A DNA stretch of 64,000 nt. Source: a virus (lineage: Duplodnaviria; Caudoviricetes). The DNA lies in the IMG/VR virus record IMGVR_UViG_3300044614_001923; one strand, written 5' to 3'. The notes beneath the pieces were generated by a model. It worked only from the letters and a program-made list of their open reading frames with translations. It did no database searches and was not told the DNA's origin. Position numbers and translations under genes: made by a program. Shown in pieces: positions 42,407 through 51,267 of the stretch; within the stretch, counting starts at the first letter, position 1, and the number at the start of each line of letters is the position of its first letter.

Positions 42407-43866
42407 TTCTTTAAATTAATAGTAATTATTTCGTAATTAAAATTCTCTTCATTGTAAATTTTTATTCTTTCAATAAAATGATTTAAAGTATAATTTTTTC
42501 TTGAGTTATAAGTACAATCATCAGCAATATCATATAGTATTGCTTTTGTTTTATTAGCACCTTTCCTTAAAACTCTACCAATGGATTGTAAATTTCTAAC
42601 TCTAGATTTGCTTGGAGATGCAAATATTACATTATGAAGATTTTTTATATTAATACCCGTTGAGAAAACTCCATAAGATGCAACAATAACTGCATCACTT
42701 TCCCTTTCTGTAATTTCTCTAACTTGTTCTCTCTCTGCGGTTGCAACTCCACCATGAACAAAAAACACTTTTCTATTATTGTGTTTGCTATTATTTATTA
42801 GATTAAATAATGGCTCACCATGAGTTTCAATTCTCGAGAATAAAACTAATGTATTTCCCTTTAGATCTAATACAAGATTTTTAATAAAGTTATTTCTTTT
42901 TTCATGAGTAATTATAAATTGAGTTTCATCTTCAAATGTTTCAAACTTTTTAGGTGGATGTTTTAATACTAGGCAACGAATATCCAACTTTGAAAGATGA
43001 CCTTTCTCCATTAGTTCTGCAGTTTTTGTAACTTTATATGATGGACCAAATAGTCCTTCCAAAACCCACTTATGCGTTTGAGATCCATCTAATGTTCCAG
43101 TAAATCCAAATCTATATTTTGCAGAATGAAGTTTTGACATAATCCCAATTAAAGATTTGCTCTTGAAAAGGTGAGCTTCATCTCCAATCACAACATCAAA
43201 TTCTTCGAAGAACTTTCTTTCTAGTTTATAGATAGATTGCCAGGTAGTAATTACAACAGGAAAATTATTAGTTTTTTCTCTACCAGAATAAATACGGTGG
43301 CAATATGTCTCAGCATCCCAACCATAATCCTGAAAATCCTTATACATCTGCTCTACAAGAGATGTCGTTGGAACAACTAAAAGGATTTTTTTCTGTTTAT
43401 CTACAAAATATCTTACTATTGAATAAATCATCAGAGATTTGCCTGAGGCAGTTGGTGATATCAATAGTTTTCGATTATATTTTAATGCATCGTATACTCC
43501 CTCTACTTGATAATCTCTCGGAGTATGGGAGCAAATAAATTTCATATAATCTTTTACGCCTTCATATGAAATATCTTCATTCACTTCATATGGAAGACCA
43601 TAAAATTTATTTTCTTTAAATTCATAAGAATAATTATGAAGATTTAATTTGTCAATTACTTTTGGCAACAATCCAACATATATCTCTCCCGTATGTACTG
43701 ACAGAAGGCGAATAAGTCCATCCCAGTGCTTACTTCTCATCTGGGGCATGAATTTTGCTCCTGGAACTTCAAACGTAAAATATTGTTGAAGTTCATACAA
43801 AACATGAGGTTCACATTCTAACTTAATGTAAACCTCATTCTTTTTATGGATTATTACATCACTCAT
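42403..43866 (-). CDS. uvsW: SF2 DNA helicase
   Basis: PTASGKS, GDEAH, FTGT, STGINI, QSIGRVLR. Confidence 0.96.
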   Translation of the reverse strand: MSDVIIHKKNEVYIKLECEPHVLYELQQYFTFEVPGAKFMPQMRSKHWDGLIRLLSVHTGEIYVGLLPKVIDKLNLHNYSYEFKENKFYGLPYEVNEDISYEGVKDYMKFICSHTPRDYQVEGVYDALKYNRKLLISPTASGKSLMIYSIVRYFVDKQKKILLVVPTTSLVEQMYKDFQDYGWDAETYCHRIYSGREKTNNFPVVITTWQSIYKLERKFFEEFDVVIGDEAHLFKSKSLIGIMSKLHSAKYRFGFTGTLDGSQTHKWVLEGLFGPSYKVTKTAELMEKGHLSKLDIRCLVLKHPPKKFETFEDETQFIITHEKRNNFIKNLVLDLKGNTLVLFSRIETHGEPLFNLINNSKHNNRKVFFVHGGVATAEREQVREITERESDAVIVASYGVFSTGINIKNLHNVIFASPSKSRVRNLQSIGRVLRKGANKTKAILYDIADDCTYNSRKNYTLNHFIERIKIYNEENFNYEIITINLKK

Positions 43867-43894
43867 AGTTAATAATAATAACTATGAATATTTA

Positions 43895-44332
43895 TTACCC
43901 CAATCCAGACTGGAATCTCATATATTCAATTGAATTTTTAATTTGATATGTTCTATTATGAATCATTTTTAATATGTCTTCAATATATTTTAGCATTACA
44001 TCATAATAATCTACCTTAAGACCAACCTGTGATAATTTATCATCAGCATCCAAATAATTCTGCATGTCACTTTTATCTCTTACTTTTTTGGGAAAGGGAT
44101 TCTCAACATAGACTTCAGGATCTGCTCTTCCAGAATAATACTGATGCCTTTCGTGTTTTATTTTTCTTTTTTGCTGATCGGCTCTTTTTCTCAAAAGAAG
44201 GATATTATTATAAAGATCAAAATATTTTGCATGAAGTGCGGGTGTATTTAAAGACTCTGTATGTAAGTTGTCAATATCTATTTTTGAGTCTTTCTCCCAC
44301 ATTTTTTGGATCATTTCCAAATCAATACTCAT
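43895..44332 (-). CDS. uvsY: Recombination mediator
   Basis: W..DSKID...LH.ES...LHAKY...RTYQIKNSIEY. Confidence 0.9.
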   Translation of the reverse strand: MSIDLEMIQKMWEKDSKIDIDNLHTESLNTPALHAKYFDLYNNILLLRKRADQQKRKIKHERHQYYSGRADPEVYVENPFPKKVRDKSDMQNYLDADDKLSQVGLKVDYYDVMLKYIEDILKMIHNRTYQIKNSIEYMRFQSGLG

Positions 44333-44898
44333 AATGGATTGCCTTTCCTGTCAAGTATATTATACATCATATATTTAAAAGTTACATCTGCTGTGAAATA
44401 TTCAATGTCATTTGCTGTTGCGTCAAACTGGAGAGTTGACAAATAAGATGGAAACATAGATCTAAATCTTACTTGAAAGTTTGTATTTTGATTACTATTC
44501 AGTACAAGTAAAGTTCCATCTGAATAAAGATTCATTTGAGATTTTGGTTGATCCTCAAAGTCTTTATTGTTATTTTGAAATTTATAAATTTCATTTAAAC
44601 TTTCTGGAAATCCAATTCCTCTCATCCAATTTTGAATTTCCATGTAATTTGTCAAGTCCTCATCGACTAAAAACCGTAATGTAAAATCTTCAAATATTAT
44701 CTTTTCTCCAGGAACAGGTATATCAGTTAGATATGTTGGTTGATTAGCAACTCCCAAATTCATAGATGGGATATTTGCAGAGTTTGAAAAGAATGCAACC
44801 TTAGATGCTCTATTTAAGGTAAATCTAAACCCTATAGGAGCAAGGAAATTTCTATTTGATATCTGCTTATTTACAAATGAAGTGAATTCTTCTGCCAT
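44329..44898 (-). CDS. gp3: Tail completion / sheath stabiliser (gp3-like)
   Basis: NFLAPIGFRF, LRFLVDEDLTNY, FQVRFRSMFP. Confidence 0.85.
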   Translation of the reverse strand: MAEEFTSFVNKQISNRNFLAPIGFRFTLNRASKVAFFSNSANIPSMNLGVANQPTYLTDIPVPGEKIIFEDFTLRFLVDEDLTNYMEIQNWMRGIGFPESLNEIYKFQNNNKDFEDQPKSQMNLYSDGTLLVLNSNQNTNFQVRFRSMFPSYLSTLQFDATANDIEYFTADVTFKYMMYNILDRKGNPL

Positions 44899-44918
44899 CT
44901 TTTTCTAATTATTTAGAT

Positions 44919-44943
44919 AAAAAAAGGGTGCCTTTCGGCACCC
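44919..44943 (-). terminator. Rho-independent terminator after gp23
   Basis: GGGTGCC-GAAA-GGCACCC-TTTTTTT. Confidence 0.92.
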
Positions 44944-44965
44944 CCTGAAACCTTTGTGAAATGGA

Positions 44966-46381
44966 TCACATGAGGTTCTTGATTTGTACTCTTCTGTAGT
45001 AACGGTTCTTGTTGACAGTGAGAGCACCCAGACCCTGATCTGAAGCATCGCCATGTGCAAATGGGTTTGCAACCAGACCATAACGGGTCTTGAAGCCAAT
45101 CTTTGGCTGGAAGGTGTTTTCTCCAACTGCACGTACCATCTGGAGAGGTACATAAGGGCAGTAGAAGAGACCTGCGTCGTAAGGTGAAGAACCCTTGTAA
45201 CCAGCAACGTAGTACTGAGTTGCAGCACTGTTTGCTGAATAAGGATCGATATAGACGCGGAACTTGCCCATCAGAACGCCAGCAAAAGTATTGCCAGTGT
45301 CATCAACGTTCAGGTTAGCGTTGAGTGCAGGGGTGTAATCTAGAACACCAGCCATGCTCAGTGCTGAAGCAACGTCAGCGGAGCAAAGGATGATGTTGCC
45401 CTTTCCTCTACGAGTTCTTTGTGCGATTGCGTTAGCATCACGCTCGATTTGGAACAGGAGACCCTTGAACTTCTCAACACTCCAACGTCCGTTTGAATCA
45501 ACGTCAAGGTCAAAGATACCCTGAGTTGCAACGTTAGTAGCAGCGCCTTGCTCAGCAACCTTATAGATGGTTCTGATGACTTCGCGGTTGATTTCAGCAA
45601 GAATTTCGCTAGACAGAATGTTAGCGAGTTCTGCTTCAGCATTAAGACCATGAATTGCCTTCAGGTCTTGTGCAAGCTCAAGGCTGTACTCTGCTTTCAG
45701 AGCGCGTGACTTTGCTTCAACAAGAACTTTCTCGATTGAGAATGCCATCTCGTTGAACTGAGGACCACCATCAACGCCAAGATTCTCAGCGTCTCCAGTT
45801 CTCATACCCTGACCAACGTTATACAGGGCTTGGTCTTGGGTTGAAGTTGGGTTCAGAATACCTGGATTTGATCCAAGTTGACCGCTGGTAGTACCCATAC
45901 CTACGTTAGGTGCAGTTGAACCTGCGGTATTACCAACACCAGTGAAGGAACCAGCGAATGAAGTATCTGCTTCGTTGAACAGTGCTTCAGTTCCGCTCTG
46001 GCTATTGTAGCGTGAACGCATTGCGAAGATGAGTCCAGTAGGACCGTTCATTGGTTGAACGCCTGCGAGGTCATAAGCGACCAGATTAGGCATTGAACGT
46101 CTGATCAGTGAGATCAGAACAGGATCGAAACCTGCAACAGGACCACCTGCAACAGCACCACCACCATATCCACCACCACCAGCAGCGCCGTTAGCAGCAT
46201 TGGTTGGGGTTTCGGTGAGGAATCCTTGCTGAGCAAAGGATTGCTCTTCTCTTAGAAATCTTTCTTGGTTTTCGAGCAGGACAGCGGTTACGGCTCTTCT
46301 GTGTGAATCCTTGATTGGATCAAGACCTTCATAGTTCAGAAGGGGTGCCCACTTTTCCTGCAGATGCTCGGAATGGAACAT
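44966..46381 (-). CDS. gp23: Major capsid protein
   Basis: KWAPLL, GFDPVLISLIRRSMPNL, GVQPMNGPTGLIFAMR, KSRALKAEYSLELAQDLKAIHG. Confidence 0.99.
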   Translation of the reverse strand: MFHSEHLQEKWAPLLNYEGLDPIKDSHRRAVTAVLLENQERFLREEQSFAQQGFLTETPTNAANGAAGGGGYGGGAVAGGPVAGFDPVLISLIRRSMPNLVAYDLAGVQPMNGPTGLIFAMRSRYNSQSGTEALFNEADTSFAGSFTGVGNTAGSTAPNVGMGTTSGQLGSNPGILNPTSTQDQALYNVGQGMRTGDAENLGVDGGPQFNEMAFSIEKVLVEAKSRALKAEYSLELAQDLKAIHGLNAEAELANILSSEILAEINREVIRTIYKVAEQGAATNVATQGIFDLDVDSNGRWSVEKFKGLLFQIERDANAIAQRTRRGKGNIILCSADVASALSMAGVLDYTPALNANLNVDDTGNTFAGVLMGKFRVYIDPYSANSAATQYYVAGYKGSSPYDAGLFYCPYVPLQMVRAVGENTFQPKIGFKTRYGLVANPFAHGDASDQGLGALTVNKNRYYRRVQIKNLM

Positions 46382-46434
46382 TTGCTTTTACCTCTTTTAA
46401 AAAAGTGTGTTTTTGGGTTTGATTAATATTAAAT

Positions 46435-47607
46435 TCAGTTTTTGGCAACAACTGAAAGAGCTTTCAGATAAGCATTCATTGAATCTGAGTGATACTCAGT
46501 TGCAACGTCTACTCCTTCAGAAAGAGTTTCAGATTTTGCTGATTGAGTTGTTGATTTTGAAGGGAAATATGATTCCTTCAAAGTCTCCAGTTTCTCACGA
46601 TATTGTGACTCACTTTCAAACTCAACACTTTCGGCAAGTGAAGCGAGCTTTTCCTTCTGAGAAAGTGCTAGACCCTCAGAAATTTCATCAAAGATTCCAT
46701 CAGCAACCGACTCGGAGAGACGCTTGTTGAGTGAAATGTTCTTCTCAATTTGCTCGTTGAGTTTTGTCTCCATATCATCAAGTTTTTCTACCATGCTCTC
46801 AAGCACATCATATTTATCTTCAGGGATTGATACATAATGATCTTCAAAAAGTCCTTTCAGACCAGTCATGAAGGACTCACTGAGTTCTTCCTTCAGACCG
46901 CTTTGAACGGAAAGTTGATTTTCTGAAATCCATTCGTCAGCAACGTATTCCAGATAAGCGTCAACACGCTCCTGGAGTTCTGACTTAATTGATTCTACAG
47001 TTTCAACTAATCTCTGCTCATAAGCAGACTCATATTCTTCTTCTAGAGTTTCGCGGATTTCAGCAACTTTTGATCTCAGAGCAGATTCAAAGATAGTTTT
47101 TGCTTTATCTTTGAATTCCTCTGAAAGATCTGCCTCATCTCCAGCATTGAGGAGAGCATTTACGTCATCTTCAATATCAAATGACTCTTCAATCTCTTCC
47201 TCTTCCTCTTCCTCTTCCTCTTCTTCCTCTACTTCTTCAATTTCTTCAGTAGATTCGGAATCATCTTCGAGTTCTTGCTCTTCATCAAGAAGATCTTCGT
47301 CATCAACTTCCTCTTCCTCTTTAACAGCACCAGACAGTTTCTGCATAGAATCTGCACCTTTGGCGCCACGAGTAACTACATCACTAACAGTCTTTAGTGA
47401 TGGTTCTTTAAGTTTTGATGAATCATCATCAGACTTATAGTTTTCTGGAGTAGGTCCACCAAGATCTTCCCAACTACCTGTTTGTCCAGGAGCAATACCT
47501 GTAGTTAGCTTTGGCATAGCTTCTGCAGGTTTTGCACCAGAATTTACGGCAGTTTTGGATTGCTTAGTGCCTGCTTCCATTTCTTGTAATTGATTGCCAC
47601 GAGACAT
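46435..47607 (-). CDS. gp22: Prohead core scaffold protein
   Basis: Highly acidic coiled coil, FKDKAKTIFESA, VDAYLEYVADEW; position between gp21 and gp23. Confidence 0.92.
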   Translation of the reverse strand: MSRGNQLQEMEAGTKQSKTAVNSGAKPAEAMPKLTTGIAPGQTGSWEDLGGPTPENYKSDDDSSKLKEPSLKTVSDVVTRGAKGADSMQKLSGAVKEEEEVDDEDLLDEEQELEDDSESTEEIEEVEEEEEEEEEEEEIEESFDIEDDVNALLNAGDEADLSEEFKDKAKTIFESALRSKVAEIRETLEEEYESAYEQRLVETVESIKSELQERVDAYLEYVADEWISENQLSVQSGLKEELSESFMTGLKGLFEDHYVSIPEDKYDVLESMVEKLDDMETKLNEQIEKNISLNKRLSESVADGIFDEISEGLALSQKEKLASLAESVEFESESQYREKLETLKESYFPSKSTTQSAKSETLSEGVDVATEYHSDSMNAYLKALSVVAKN

Positions 47608-47641
47608 TTGAACTCTCCGATTTACCTTTGTATTAAATCTA

Positions 47642-47653
47642 TATTTATTTATA
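47642..47653 (-). promoter_or_regulatory. Overlapping late promoters (TATAAATA/ATAAATA) upstream of gp22
   Basis: Exact motif. Confidence 0.75.
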
Positions 47654-47672
47654 ATTTGAAGAATTACACCAC

Positions 47673-48326
47673 TTATAGTGAATTTAAGAAGTCGTTGAAA
47701 AGATTAATCTTATTTTCTTCAAGTTGTTTTTGATCTACTAAACTATTGATTTTTTTATATGCTTGAGAAGCATACTTCTCACGAAGAATACCTCCATCCC
47801 ATACCCATTCTTTACCTTCCATGATTCCCTGAACAAAAGCATCAGGTGCAGAAGGATCTGCAACAATATCTGCTGCAGTTGCAAGCATAAAGTCTTCACC
47901 GACTTCTTTATATCCTTCTCTATGATTTTCTTTCAGAGATCCGATTCCCCGAGAAGATACGCCAAGAGTAACTCCGTCCTTGAGAAGTGACTCTGCAATT
48001 TTACCCATTGGAGTGGATAGAATTTGTGCTTTACCGATAAAATTATTTCCTTCACGATAGAGTTCAATAATTTTATGTGATACTCTATCCAGATTTATAG
48101 TTGGACCATCAGGATGTCCAAGTTCACCAAGAGCACGTCCTTTTTCAACATATTGTTCAGTATAACGCTTTACTTCACGTTCCATAATGGACATAGGATA
48201 CATCCTTCCATTACGGTTAACACATTCTGCTTGAAGAAAAGGACCCTTAACGAAAAGTTTTTGTTGTTTTCCAGTTCCTTCTGTAAGAACTTCTACCTTT
48301 TCGATTTCTTCTCTGATTAGTTTCAT
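47673..48326 (-). CDS. gp21: Prohead protease
   Basis: NRNGRMY, ALGELGHP, GVSSRGIGS, DIVADPSAP. Confidence 0.97.
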   Translation of the reverse strand: MKLIREEIEKVEVLTEGTGKQQKLFVKGPFLQAECVNRNGRMYPMSIMEREVKRYTEQYVEKGRALGELGHPDGPTINLDRVSHKIIELYREGNNFIGKAQILSTPMGKIAESLLKDGVTLGVSSRGIGSLKENHREGYKEVGEDFMLATAADIVADPSAPDAFVQGIMEGKEWVWDGGILREKYASQAYKKINSLVDQKQLEENKINLFNDFLNSL

Positions 48327-48332
48327 TTTTTC

Positions 48333-48602
48333 TTAGTTAGTAAGTCCTACTTTAGCGGCTTTCACAGAAGCAGACGATGCCCAGATAACATATGATGGGG
48401 GTTTTTCTAAAAATTCTACAGTTGCATTTGGCATAGTAAATGTTGCAGTGTCTGCTGCTCCAACTGTACTAGCAATACTAACTGTAGCTACACCACCAGA
48501 TCCGTTATATAGTCTTACGCAAGTTGCGTCAGAAATACTTGAACCTGCTCCAGCACTTGTACCAAGAGCAACTTCAGTTGCTATTACCTTTGTCCTTTGC
48601 AT
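48333..48602 (-). CDS. Conserved cyanophage hypothetical protein
   Basis: ATCVRLYN...VEFLEK pattern. Confidence 0.75.
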   Translation of the reverse strand: MQRTKVIATEVALGTSAGAGSSISDATCVRLYNGSGGVATVSIASTVGAADTATFTMPNATVEFLEKPPSYVIWASSASVKAAKVGLTN

Positions 48603-48654
48603 CGTTATAATAAAGTCTTATAGTAGTTATTTATTACTTATTTAACTTGAGGTA

Positions 48655-48846
48655 TTATTCCTCATCAATAATCTCTTCTTCTTCATCTCCCACATCTCCT
48701 GCAGGATCTCCAAAAAGTTCATTAGCAACTTCAGGTCTAAGACCATCAACTCTATCTGCTGCCTTTGCAAATAACATTTCTTTAATTTTATCGCTAATGC
48801 TTGATGGGGACTCATCAGCAATAATCATGTCCATAAGTTCGTCCAT
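48655..48846 (-). CDS. Small acidic protein; positional prohead-core (gp67/68-like) candidate
   Basis: MDELMDMII...KIKEMLFAKAADRVD; TATAAATA at 48875-48882. Confidence 0.65.
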   Translation of the reverse strand: MDELMDMIIADESPSSISDKIKEMLFAKAADRVDGLRPEVANELFGDPAGDVGDEEEEIIDEE

Positions 48847-48877
48847 TTTAATTACCAAGTTAATTAATTTCTATTAT

Positions 48878-50536
48878 TTATATTTCCCCTCCAGAAGGAG
48901 GTTCTACTGCAGATGCATCAATTTCTGGTTCGACTGGAACTTGTCCAGATTGTCCATCTATAGAATCGCTAATAGGTTCTCCTGTTTCTGGATCAACTGG
49001 AGCATTTGGATCTGGAATAATTCCCTCTTCAATTTCTTTTTGAATGATCATATCTTGCTCAACTATTTCTTGATCAGTTTGACGTAGAATTTTACGTCTA
49101 ACATAATCTTGTGAGTAATATTTTCCAATATATGGTTCCGCAGTTGCTGCAAGGTTCAATCTTTCTGTAAGAAGTTCTGCTTCTTTTAACTCTGAGAAAT
49201 GATTATCATATAAGAAATCATATTGAATATGTTGGGACATTTTATCCCAATCTTCTAGAGTAATAATATTCTTGAGAATTAATTGAGTTTTTAACATGTC
49301 ATTAAACATGTTAGAGAATCTCTTTCTTAAGCGTCCTACAAATTTTGTGAATTTAAGTTCATCTCTAAGAATTTCTGATGAACGTCCGAGATTAAATCCA
49401 CCCTCTCCCTCCATTCTTGATGGGGGAACGTTTAATGACCTATAAAGTTTGCTTTGAAAATACTTAATATCAGTAATCTCTCCAAGATTTTGACCACCTG
49501 GAAGTGTAGTAATTTCTGTTCCTCTTCCACCTTCTCTACGTGGTAACCAAAAATCTTCAAGCATACTCATAAACTTCTTATCATCACGAACTTCCCCAGT
49601 TGATGCATCGTATACTAACTTGTTACGATAGCGCATCATAACATCACGTAAATATTGTTCTGCTTTTGCTTTAGGGAGATTTCCAACATCAATATAGAAA
49701 ATACGACGCTCTGGTGCGCGAGATAATCTGTAGATAACAAGAGAATCTTCAATCATACGAAGTTGATTGAGAGACTTAATTGCTTTGTGCAAATATGAAA
49801 GCACTGTTCCCTTATTTCTATCTAAAAGTCCAGAATTGCAATATGTAATTGCATCTTTTGCAATTTTTATTCCACCACCAGAACTGGAACCCGAATTATT
49901 TGCACTACCAATCTGTCCTGCAGTTTTTGGTAAATATAGAAAATATTCATCAATTTCAGGAAAATCCAGATCAGTTGTATTTTCTTGAGTTTTTTTCGCA
50001 ATGGCAAATCTATCATCATCAGTCTTTCTTTGTTGTCTTACATAACGCATTTTCATTGCGTCAATATATCTTAGCTCTTGTATTCCTTCTTGTGGATTTT
50101 TAATATCAATTACTTTATGATAGTAAAGTCTTCCATCAACGTACCAATTTCTATAAATTTCATGAGATTTTTTATTAAAATCTAATAGTTCTAAGATTCT
50201 TTTAAATTCTTCTCTTATTTTTCTTTTTATTCCATCACTAGCATTTAAGTTTGAAAGTTCAATTTCTACTGGAGTATCATACGTATCCGATACAATTGCC
50301 TCGCTAATAATATCTTCAATTGCACTATCAACTTCTGGATGAAGTGCCATTTCACGATATCTTTTAATTAGATCAAATTCTGTCCTATAAACACCTTCTA
50401 TATCTACATACGAACCAAAAAACCCACTAGTCAGATAATGGTCAACCCCATCCTCATTATTAGGTGGAACGGGGGAGACTATGTTATCTGACTGTTGGGC
50501 CTTATCCTCAATAGAGAATCCAAATAATTTTGCCAT
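48878..50536 (-). CDS. gp20: Portal protein
   Basis: YREMALHPEVDSAIEDI, IYRLSRAPERRIFYIDVGNLP, EDFWLPRREGGRGTEI. Confidence 0.99.
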   Translation of the reverse strand: MAKLFGFSIEDKAQQSDNIVSPVPPNNEDGVDHYLTSGFFGSYVDIEGVYRTEFDLIKRYREMALHPEVDSAIEDIISEAIVSDTYDTPVEIELSNLNASDGIKRKIREEFKRILELLDFNKKSHEIYRNWYVDGRLYYHKVIDIKNPQEGIQELRYIDAMKMRYVRQQRKTDDDRFAIAKKTQENTTDLDFPEIDEYFLYLPKTAGQIGSANNSGSSSGGGIKIAKDAITYCNSGLLDRNKGTVLSYLHKAIKSLNQLRMIEDSLVIYRLSRAPERRIFYIDVGNLPKAKAEQYLRDVMMRYRNKLVYDASTGEVRDDKKFMSMLEDFWLPRREGGRGTEITTLPGGQNLGEITDIKYFQSKLYRSLNVPPSRMEGEGGFNLGRSSEILRDELKFTKFVGRLRKRFSNMFNDMLKTQLILKNIITLEDWDKMSQHIQYDFLYDNHFSELKEAELLTERLNLAATAEPYIGKYYSQDYVRRKILRQTDQEIVEQDMIIQKEIEEGIIPDPNAPVDPETGEPISDSIDGQSGQVPVEPEIDASAVEPPSGGEI

Positions 50537-50572
50537 GAATAAAGATTAGGTTTCTTTCTACTGTCCTATTTA

Positions 50573-51229
50573 TTAGAGTAGTGAAGAAGGACCATCATTG
50601 ATTTCAAAATACTGAACTTGGAATTCAACAGTGAATTCTTCAATAGTATCTGAACTATCATATGATAGATCGATCTGAGATACGTTTGTTGGGAAAATAT
50701 CATACATTTTGTATGATCTAAGAACAGTCGCTTGACCGTCTCCAGTAGCACTAAATCCAGGACCCTGAGCAGAAATGCTATTTACAACTTTGGTCCCTTC
50801 CTTCGCATTGCTTCTTCCCAGTTGATAAACAATCGCATTCTTCATGTAAGAAGTTGGATTTGATGCTCCAGTAGCGTTATCTAACTTGCTGAGGAGATTC
50901 ATCCATGCCTCGAAAGCATGTCTGATCTTAAAGTCCTCATCGTTAATAACGGTAACTGTCCAAGTATCAAAGGTTCTATCACCAGCAACCTTAAGAATTC
51001 TTCCTCTGAAGGGAACATCAATAGGAGCAACGTTTGAAGCTGGCAGAGCAGCTGCTTTACAAAGGAATCTAAAGTCTACCTTTGACTCACTATCCCACTG
51101 AGATTGAACTTCTGCGGGGAAATCATCAAGGGCAACTTCAAATAAGTTTGGTCTTGCACCACCACCAGCTAGTCTATTTTTGAATGATGATATATTCTTT
51201 ATAGATGGTTTGTTAGTGGAATCAGCCAT
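50573..51229 (-). CDS. gp19: Tail tube protein
   Basis: GGARPNLFEV, PFRGRILKVAGDRTFDTW, EEFTVEFQVQY. Confidence 0.97.
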   Translation of the reverse strand: MADSTNKPSIKNISSFKNRLAGGGARPNLFEVALDDFPAEVQSQWDSESKVDFRFLCKAAALPASNVAPIDVPFRGRILKVAGDRTFDTWTVTVINDEDFKIRHAFEAWMNLLSKLDNATGASNPTSYMKNAIVYQLGRSNAKEGTKVVNSISAQGPGFSATGDGQATVLRSYKMYDIFPTNVSQIDLSYDSSDTIEEFTVEFQVQYFEINDGPSSLL

Positions 51230-51267
51230 TTTTTAATCCTCCTTTCCGTTTTAGTTATTGGTTAAAA

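Noticed and set aside
44905-45651. Alternative-frame minus-strand ORFs within gp23, nrdA, gp43, gp18 and uvsX
   Set aside because: By-products of codon bias in long genes; no independent translation signals.
47180-47320. Poly-Glu / (TCTTCC)n tract in gp22
   Set aside because: Acidic low-complexity linkers are expected in prohead scaffold proteins.
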